A DNA stretch of 64,000 nucleotides from an uncultured Holophagae bacterium. Lineage in GTDB: Bacteria > Acidobacteriota > Thermoanaerobaculia > Thermoanaerobaculales > Sulfomarinibacteraceae. Below are positions 56,341-64,000 of this stretch, piece after piece (the stretch's first letter is position 1; every line of letters begins with the position of its first letter). The position numbers and the translations under genes were made by a program. A model generated the notes under the pieces. It saw only the letters and a program-made list of their open reading frames with translations, had not been told where the DNA came from and did not search any database. The stretch lies in the NCBI GenBank assembly GCA_963801995.1, contig CAWDGW010000012.1, positions 78,940-142,939 of the forward strand, written 5' to 3'.

Positions 56341-59300
56341 ATGAGCTTACCGGCCCTCTCCGTTCGTCGGCCCATCACGACGGCCATGATCCTTGCCAGC
56401 ATCCTGCTGGTGGGAGGGATCGCCCTGTTCCGACTGCCGCTGGCCTGGCTGCCCGAGCTCGACGCACCCTTCATCTTCATCGAGATCCCCTATCCCAACT
56501 CCCACCCCCAGCAGGTGGAGCGAGAGATCACCCGGCCGGTGGAGGAGGTGCTGTCCACCCTGTCCGGAGTCAAGAAGCTCAACGCCAGCTCGTCCCCTGA
56601 CGGCGCCCAAATTGAAATGGAATTCAGCTGGGGCAAGGACCTGGACGTGGTGCGCATGCAGGTTTCCGAGAAGATGGACCAGATCGAGCCTGAGCTGCCC
56701 GACGACATTGGCCCGATCCTGATCTTCTCCTTCAACACCACCGACATCCCGGTGGTTCAAGGCCGGATCTCGGCCACCGGGGTCGACCTTTCGGAGAACT
56801 ACGATCTGCTCGAGGCGCGGGTCCTCAACCCCCTGCGACGGGTCCCGGGCGTGGCCCGAGTGGACCTTGACGGCGTCGAGCCCCGGGAGCTGTTCATCGA
56901 TTTGATACTGGACAAGGTCAAGGAGCATCGCGTGGACGTGGGCCGGTTGGCGGGTCTGCTCGACGGCATCTCGGCCAATATGGTGCTCGGCGAGGCCACC
57001 CAGGATGGGCTGCGCTACACCGTTCGATCCCTCGGGACCTTCCCCTCGGTCGAAGCCCTGGGCGACCTGGTTGTGAACGAACGGGGCCTCAGGCTGTCGG
57101 ACATCGCTGAGATCAACTACGAGGAGCCGCCCATCGCGTACGGGCGCCACCTCGACCGGCACGACGCGGTTGCACTGCAGGTCTTCAAGGAGTCCACCGC
57201 CAACACCGTGGAGGTGGTCCATGCCGTCAACCGGGTGATGGCCGAGGAGATCGACCACGACCCGTTGCTCGAGGGCATCAACCTCTTCGTCTGGGAGGAC
57301 CAGGCCGAGCAGATCACGGCGGGCGTCGACGGCCTTCGCAGAGCCGGCCTCATCGGCGCCCTGCTGGCCACCTTGAGCCTGTACTTCTTCCTGCGCCGCT
57401 TCGACTCCACCGTGATCGTCTCCCTTTCTATCCCGTTCTCGCTGGTGGCCACCTGTGGTGTGATGTTCTTTCTCGGCGGCAGCCTCAACGTGCTGTCCAT
57501 GATGGGCTTGATGCTGGCGGTGGGCATGCTGGTGGACAACGCCATCGTGGTCCTGGAGTCCATCGACCGCCGGCTGCGCGACGAGCCCGACCGTATGAAG
57601 GCTGCGCTTCAGGGTGCCAGCCAGGTGGTTATGGCGGTCACCGCCTCCACCGCCACCACCCTGATCGTGTTCCTGCCCCTCGTCTTGGGCGGAGGCACGG
57701 ACCTCACCACGTGGCTCAAGGAGGTGGGCATCACCATCTCCATAGCCCTGGCATGTTCGCTGTTTTCGTCCCTGACCCTGATTCCGCTCATGTCGGCGCA
57801 CCTCTTGCGCCCCAGGGAGCCGCGCCCGAACCCCGCTGTAGAGTGGCTCGAAGAGCGTTACGAACGGATCCTGGCGTGGACCCTCACTCATCGGGTCAAG
57901 ACCTTCGGCCTGCTCGCCCTCGGCCTGGTGATCGGCTTCCTGCCTTTCTTCACCGGCATGGTGGAGTCGGCCATTTTCTCGGCAATCGTCAACGAGCGCC
58001 TCTACCTCAGCTACGAGTTCGATGACTTCTTCTACAAGTCCGACGCCGAGCGTGTGGTGGATCAGGTGGAAGAGCTTGTCCACTCCCGCGCCGAGGAATT
58101 TCACGTGGAGTCGATTTACAGCTTCTTCGCCGAGAACGAGGCCGGGACAGCAATCATCCTCTCCAAGAAGGACATGAACGACGACGAGGTGCGCGACCTC
58201 CGGTCCTCGATCCGCGACGCCCTGCCCGAGATACCGGGGGTCCGCCTGGCTTTCCGCGAGGAGGCCGAGACCGGAGGAAGCACCACCTACTTCGCGGTCA
58301 AGCTCTTTGGCCAGGAAACCGCAATCCTCTACGACCTTGCCGACGAGGCGGCGAGGCGGCTGGAGACCGTGGAAGGCGTCACCGACATCTCCAGGCCCCG
58401 TTCCGAGGGACGGCGTGAAATCCAGGTCAACATCCGCCGCGACCGTGCAGCCGACCTCGGCCTCGCCGCCGAGGACGTGAGCCAGTTGATGGCATTCACG
58501 CTGGGCGGCCTGAGGTTGGAGCGCTTCAACGCCGGTGACCGTGAGATCACGAGCTGGCTGGCGCTCCGCCTCGAGGACCGTTCCACCCTCGAGGATTTGC
58601 GACAAATTCCCGTCGCCGATCAGCACGGGAAGCCGGTGCTGCTGGGCGACATCGCCACCTTCGAAACCGTAACGCGGCCCCGCGAGATCGAGCGAGAAAA
58701 CCGCAAGGCTCGAGTTTCGGTCCGCGGAACCTACGACGGCGAGGATTGGTCCTCCACGCGAGAACAGATCGAGGCGCTGATGGACGCCTTCGAGCTCCCG
58801 GCGGGTACCTCGTGGAGTTGGAACGACCGAATTCTGGAGCAGGACACCGAGGATGCCGAGATGGGGGTCAACTTCCTGTTGGCCCTGGTGCTGGTCTACC
58901 TGGTGATGGCCTCGCTCTTCGAGTCGCTGGCCCAACCCTTCGCTATTCTCGTCGCCATTCCCTTCGCCCTCCCGGGGGTGGCCTGGATGTTGGCCCTCAC
59001 CGGAACGCCCTTCAACCTCATGGCACAGATCGGGTTGCTGATCCTCATGGGCATCGTGGTCAACAACGGCATCGTACTCATGGACCACGTCAATCACTAC
59101 CGCCGCCAGGGAGTTCCCCACCACGAGGCCATCCTGCGCGGCGGCCGCGACCGCCTGCGGCCCATCCTGATGACCGCGGCCACCACCATCATCGGCCTGC
59201 TCCCGCTGGCCGTGGGCTCGGCCAACGTGTCGGGTCTGCTCTACTACCCCATGGCCCGCACCGTCATGGGCGGGCTCATGTCCTCCGTTGTCCTCACCCT

Positions 59301-59430
59301 CATCGTGCTGCCCTATATCTCGCTCGGGGTCGAGGGTCTCGCCAATTGGTCGCGACAGGTGTGGAGGCTGTCGGGTCCAAGTGCAGCCATTGGGCGATCT
59401 CCCGAACCCATCGGTTTGATTGAAAATTGA
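56341..59430 (+). CDS. RND efflux permease (AcrB/SwrC-like) 2
   Basis: GMLVDNAIVV, GIVVNNGIVL, RLRPILMT. Confidence 0.95.
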   Translation: MSLPALSVRRPITTAMILASILLVGGIALFRLPLAWLPELDAPFIFIEIPYPNSHPQQVEREITRPVEEVLSTLSGVKKLNASSSPDGAQIEMEFSWGKDLDVVRMQVSEKMDQIEPELPDDIGPILIFSFNTTDIPVVQGRISATGVDLSENYDLLEARVLNPLRRVPGVARVDLDGVEPRELFIDLILDKVKEHRVDVGRLAGLLDGISANMVLGEATQDGLRYTVRSLGTFPSVEALGDLVVNERGLRLSDIAEINYEEPPIAYGRHLDRHDAVALQVFKESTANTVEVVHAVNRVMAEEIDHDPLLEGINLFVWEDQAEQITAGVDGLRRAGLIGALLATLSLYFFLRRFDSTVIVSLSIPFSLVATCGVMFFLGGSLNVLSMMGLMLAVGMLVDNAIVVLESIDRRLRDEPDRMKAALQGASQVVMAVTASTATTLIVFLPLVLGGGTDLTTWLKEVGITISIALACSLFSSLTLIPLMSAHLLRPREPRPNPAVEWLEERYERILAWTLTHRVKTFGLLALGLVIGFLPFFTGMVESAIFSAIVNERLYLSYEFDDFFYKSDAERVVDQVEELVHSRAEEFHVESIYSFFAENEAGTAIILSKKDMNDDEVRDLRSSIRDALPEIPGVRLAFREEAETGGSTTYFAVKLFGQETAILYDLADEAARRLETVEGVTDISRPRSEGRREIQVNIRRDRAADLGLAAEDVSQLMAFTLGGLRLERFNAGDREITSWLALRLEDRSTLEDLRQIPVADQHGKPVLLGDIATFETVTRPREIERENRKARVSVRGTYDGEDWSSTREQIEALMDAFELPAGTSWSWNDRILEQDTEDAEMGVNFLLALVLVYLVMASLFESLAQPFAILVAIPFALPGVAWMLALTGTPFNLMAQIGLLILMGIVVNNGIVLMDHVNHYRRQGVPHHEAILRGGRDRLRPILMTAATTIIGLLPLAVGSANVSGLLYYPMARTVMGGLMSSVVLTLIVLPYISLGVEGLANWSRQVWRLSGPSAAIGRSPEPIGLIEN

Positions 59431-59673
59431 AAAGAAGATTGAAGATTGGTGCCATGAAGGGCGGAATGCGATTGTCACTCGAAAGCCCCCAACCAGTCAG
59501 TCGGATCTCGATGTTCCTGGGAAGATAAAACCCTGGGCTACGACGGGGATTGCCGCGGTTCATATTGCGTCTCATCTGCTGACTTGAGTTGCGAGAATCC
59601 AGACAATCAAACATAATCAAACCAGGACCAATCGATCATCATCAGACTATGAGCCGCCGAGCCCGGGGGAACA

Positions 59674-62640
59674 ATGAGGTACGTGGTCGTTTTCGTCGCT
59701 CTGTGCATCGTTGCGTGCTCCGTGGTCGTTCAGGCCCAGGAGACCACCGGCACCATCATCGGCACGGTGACCTCCCAGGATGGTGCACCACTGCCGGGCG
59801 TCACCATGAAGCTCGCGGATCTGGCCAAGGGCTTTGAACGCACCGCATCACCGCCGACGACGTGCGCTACAAGGTGGTTGCGCTGCCACCCGCTCCTTAC
59901 GAACTGCACCGCATCGCTCAAAGGGTTTCAATCGGTCAAGCGCCCCATCCGGGTCGAACTCGGCCGCACCACCACCAACGACATCGAGATGCAGCTCGGC
60001 CCGGTCACCGCGACCATCGAGGTCACCGCCGAGGCGCACCAAGATGGCCGTCACGTACAACGTCAGCGGTATGACAGTGAGCGCCGATGAGCTCAACAGC
60101 ACATGTGCCTATCGGCAGGGATTCGAACTTCCAAGTCGTGGTGCGGGCGCCGGGCACCATGCGGGGCGACAGCGCATTCGATCGATCGGGTGAGTGGGTG
60201 GCGGGGAACACCCCGGTCAGCAACAGGTCTCCATCGGTGGGGCATCGGTGGCCGAGAATACCTATCAGCTGAACGGCCTCAACATCACCAACTTCAGTAA
60301 CGGGCTCGGCTCCACATTCGTGCCCTTCGAGTTTGTCCAGGAGATGCAGATCAAGACCGGTGGCTACGAGGCCGAGTTCGGTCGCTCCACCGGCGGTGTC
60401 GTCAACATGGTCACCAAGTCCGGAACAAACTCATTCCATGGAAGCCTCTTCGGCTATTTCGAGCCGGAGGGTCTGCAGACCATGGAGAACGACACCTTCT
60501 GGAGCGCCAACCAGGACGAAACCCGCAGAGTCTTACGAGCTGAACGCGTCCATCGGTGGCCCGGTTGTCAGGGACCGCCTTTTCTTCTTCGCGTTCGTAC
60601 GCTACTGGCAGCTGGACACCCTCGAGCTGAATGAGCAACGACGGGCAACGCTTCGAGACGTCACAGCCCTACTACGGCGGCAAGGTGGATTGGAATCTCA
60701 CCGCCAACCACCGGTTGGAGGCCACCTTTCTTTCTGATGATGTGACGGTTGACGTCACGAACTATGACTTCGACCTCGACAGTCACACCCTCGGCCCTCC
60801 CGGCCCCACCGGCACCCAGGAGCGGGGCGGACCGAACTACATCGGCAAGTACACCGGCATCCTGAGCCCCAACTTTCTGCTGGCTGCGCAGTACGGTCGT
60901 AACGATTTCAACCGAACCGACACCTCGCAGACAGACCACTGCCCACTGGCCGTCGATAGTCGCGGAGGCGGATGGGACAGGCTTGGATGTTGGGTCAACG
61001 ATCGCCGCGGAGGCTCTTATGACGGCCGCGAGGCCGCACGGCTCGACGTCGACTCGTTCGTGGGCAGTCACAGCGTGCGCGGCGGTGTTGACGCCGAGTT
61101 CAATGTCTCCGAGTTGGCCCAACGACTTTCCGGGCGGAGTATTCTATATCTACGAGGACGCGTCCGAGCCCACCGATGCCTACCCTTACAAGAGTCGAAC
61201 GTGATGCACTGGGAGAGATTCGGTTCGTTTGAGGCGAATTCGCGGGCCGCCTACCTCCAGGACAGCTGGGCGGTCACACCATCTGTTACGCTCAACCTCG
61301 GTCTGCGCTACGAGGAGTTCGAAAACAAGAATGCCCGCGGCGAGACCTTCATCGAGATCACCGGCCAGTGGGCGCCGCGTCTGGGTATCATCTGGGACCC
61401 GTCCGGCAGGGGACGCTCCAAGCTGTACGGGACCTACGGCCTCTACTACCTACCGATTCCGTCGGTCACGAACATGCGATTTGGCTCCGGGGAGTATCTT
61501 GACCAGGCGTTTTTTGAGTGGGCGGGTGAATACAACCCCGATGGGTCGCCGGCCGGCTACACCGATTGCGGAAAGGGCATGATGGAAGAGTGCGGAAATC
61601 AAGGATCGGTGGGGGACGTGATCCCTCCGTCCCGGATTCTCTCGGATGGGACGGTGAGCGACCCCCGCGAGATCCTGTCCGACAACTTCGACCCCATGTC
61701 GCAGTGGGAGTTGATCGTCGGCTACGAGCAGATGGTGGGCTCCAGTTGGTCACTGGGCGCCCGTTTCGTGGCTCGCCAGTTCAACGAGATCATCGACGAC
61801 TTCGCCATCGCCCAGGCGCTGTGGGAGGTGTACGGCCATGAATGCTACAGCCCCTTCTATCTCTACGAAAACGTTTGCGGAGTTGAACCTTTCAGACTGG
61901 GCAACCCGGGAGGTGATTTCGAAGGGTGGGTGGATCTCGACGGCACCGGTGAACTGACACCCATGCAGATCTCCGCGGGGGATCTCGGGCTGCCAGAGCC
62001 CGTCCGGCACTACTACGCCGTAGAGCTGATGTTCAACCGACGCTTCGCGAACAATTGGATGCTCCAGGGTTCCTACACCTGGGCTCACCTCTACGGCAAC
62101 TACGAGGGCACGGTCCTGTCCGACTTCGCCCAGGAAGTTTCCGGCAACACCGCGGCCTTTGATTTCCCAGGATTGATGGAGAACTCGTCGGGCAACCTTG
62201 CCCAGGACCGGCGCCACAATCTCAAGCTCTTCGGTTCCTACGCGTGGGACTTTGGCCTCCAGTTAGGCGCCAACGCGGGTTTTCACACCGGGCGACCCAT
62301 CAACTCCTTTGGAATGCACCCAACCGATCTCTACTCACAATCCTACGGCCCCGCCTCCTTCTATACGCTCGGCGTGCCGACACCCCGCGGCAGCTCTGGC
62401 ACCACCGACAACGTCCACTGGCTGGACCTGATGCTCAAGTACGACTTCCGGTGGGGGGTGGACTGGAGCGTGCGGCTCGACCTGTTCAACGTCTTCAACA
62501 ACCAGGCCACGGTCGAGGTCAACGAGTTCGCTGAACAGGACTCCTGGCCCCCCGACTATGTGCTCGACCCCACCTACGGGGAAACCAAAACCCACCAATC
62601 GCCACGAACCATCCGGATCGGCGTCGGCTTCACCTTCTAA
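59674..62640 (+). CDS. Oar-like TonB-dependent receptor with carboxypeptidase-regulatory N-domain (frameshifted)
   Basis: QETTGTIIG.V, GGYEAEFGRSTGGVVN.VTKSG, YLQDSW, APRLG, terminal F. Confidence 0.88.
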
Positions 62641-62726
62641 CCACCCGCCCTCTCAGCCAATCGAAAATCAAAAAACGACCATCCGGTTCAGCCATGCTGA
62701 CCACTCAAAAACCAGCCATCCTAGAA

Positions 62727-62778
62727 GTGTTACCCATGTCCTCAGACTTTTGTGTTACCCGTGTCCCCGGACAGCACC
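62727..62778. mobile_element. IS481-like terminal remnant
   Basis: GTGTTACCCRTGTCC directly repeated with 25-bp period, resembling IS481 subterminal sites; no transposase. Confidence 0.5.
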
Positions 62779-62841
62779 CGTGCCAACTGTCAACTGCCAA
62801 CTTGAGCCTTGCAACACTGCCCCACAAAGGGGTCTCAAGCC

Positions 62842-64000
62842 GTGTCCCTGTCCAGTGGAGATCGTCTCGGACGCTACGAAGTCCTCGAGCCGCTCGGCGT
62901 GGGCGGCATGGGCGAGGTCTTTCGCGCCCGAGACACCGAGCTGGACCGCCGGGTGGCGATCAAGATGGCCTGCACCACGACTTCGCCGCCGACCCATCTC
63001 GGATCGAGCGATTCCAGCGCGAGGCCCGCGCCCTTGCCGCCCTGTCCCACCCAAATCTGCTCGAGGTCTACGACGTGGGGTCGTCCAACGGCGTCCACTA
63101 CGTGGTGACCGAGCTGCTCGAGGGCCAGTCCCTTCGCGAACGCGTGCCTACTGGCGGTCTTCCCTGGCAAAAGGTGGCCGAGATGGGTGCGCCCATGGCC
63201 GAAGGGCTGGCCGCCGCCCACTCCAAGGGCATCATCCACCGCGATCTCAAACCCGAGAACATCTTCGTCACCACGGACGGCCGGGTCAAAATCCTCGATT
63301 TTGGTCTGGCGAAAGTCGTGGAGAGCGTGGACCCGGACGCCGAGACCGGCACCATGACCCCGGCGGGCACTGCCATGGGCACGATCCTCGGCACCATGGG
63401 CTACATGTCGCCCGAGCAGGTCAAAGGCCAGCCGGCCGACCACCGGTCGGACATCTTCGCACTGGGGTGCGTGCTCTACGAGATGGTGTGGGGCCGCAGG
63501 GCCTTCGCCTGCGACACCTCGGCGGAGATCATTGCTGCCGTGCTCAAGGAGGAGACGCCCCAGCTCTCCTCCACCGGGGCCGCGCTGCCGGTGGATCTCG
63601 AACGCTCGATCCACCGCTGTCTGGAGAAGGAACCCGCCGCCAGGTACCAATCCGCCGCAGACCTGGGTTTCGCTCTGCGATCCATCGGCTCGAGCCCGAC
63701 GCGGCCGGCTATGGCGACGCCATCGGGCGACGTGCCGGGGCAGCAAGGGCGAAAAGGATGGTGGATCGGGCTTGCTGCGGCGGCAGCTGTGGCTGCGATC
63801 GCCCTGCTGGCCTGGTGGCAGCTCGGGTCGAACGACCGGCCAGCGGAGCGGGCCCCGCGCGAGGCGAGGGTCGCTGAACCGTCCAGGATTGTCCAGGTGA
63901 CCGAGCACTTGGTCGTCGTGGAGGACGTCGAGAACCGGACCGGCGATCCCTCGTTGGACGCGGTCGCCGGCGAGACCACGGACCTCATTCGCGGCGCGCT
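62842..64000 (+). CDS. eukaryote-like Ser/Thr protein kinase (frameshifted, runs off window)
   Basis: [31 protein letters not shown] helix. Confidence 0.92.

Noticed and set aside
56347-59478. Long antisense ORFs (also 17518-19092, 26976-28205, 36990-38246)
   Set aside because: Shadows of real genes caused by high-GC codon bias.
59450-59670. Riboswitch upstream of the TonB receptor
   Set aside because: No cobalamin, TPP or other aptamer consensus recognised by eye.

Overview
GC-rich bacterial chromosome window. Gene content (DUF4388/DnaJ proteins, CHAT protein, eukaryote-like Ser/Thr kinase, sulfatase-TPR, Oar-like TonB receptor, secreted proteins ending in 'FxDGFESG') suggests Acidobacteriota, possibly Thermoanaerobaculia; this is inference. 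Many genes carry 1-bp frameshifts typical of an unpolished long-read assembly. The first 11.6 kb is an accessory anaerobic-respiration/metal-cofactor region downstream of tRNA-Val/tRNA-Asp. It holds an internally deleted Mrp, NifB/NifX, an aminotransferase, a HybA-NrfD-13-heme cytochrome c3/octaheme tetrathionate reductase (Otr) operon, Usp, rhodanese, CGGC, truncated genes and hicB-hicA, plus several sigma-54-like promoters. From 11.8 to 64 kb the genes are mostly housekeeping and envelope functions (pyrE, folK, PBP1A, cdd, pal-cpoB, rpsT-purC, EF-G-like, RND pump, TonB receptor, kinase) plus three secreted metallopeptidases. The most unusual signal is two related ~855-bp transposase-free cassettes (32141-33000, 43504-44353). 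Each has ISL3-like terminal inverted repeats (one with an 8-bp flanking duplication), carries only a four-helix-bundle (IVP/Avd-like) gene, and contains a nested palindrome that duplicates the gene's RBS/start in antisense. Both sit in short tandem repeat tracts, which occur in many intergenic gaps of the window. A second dispersed hairpin repeat family and a candidate small RNA are also present.
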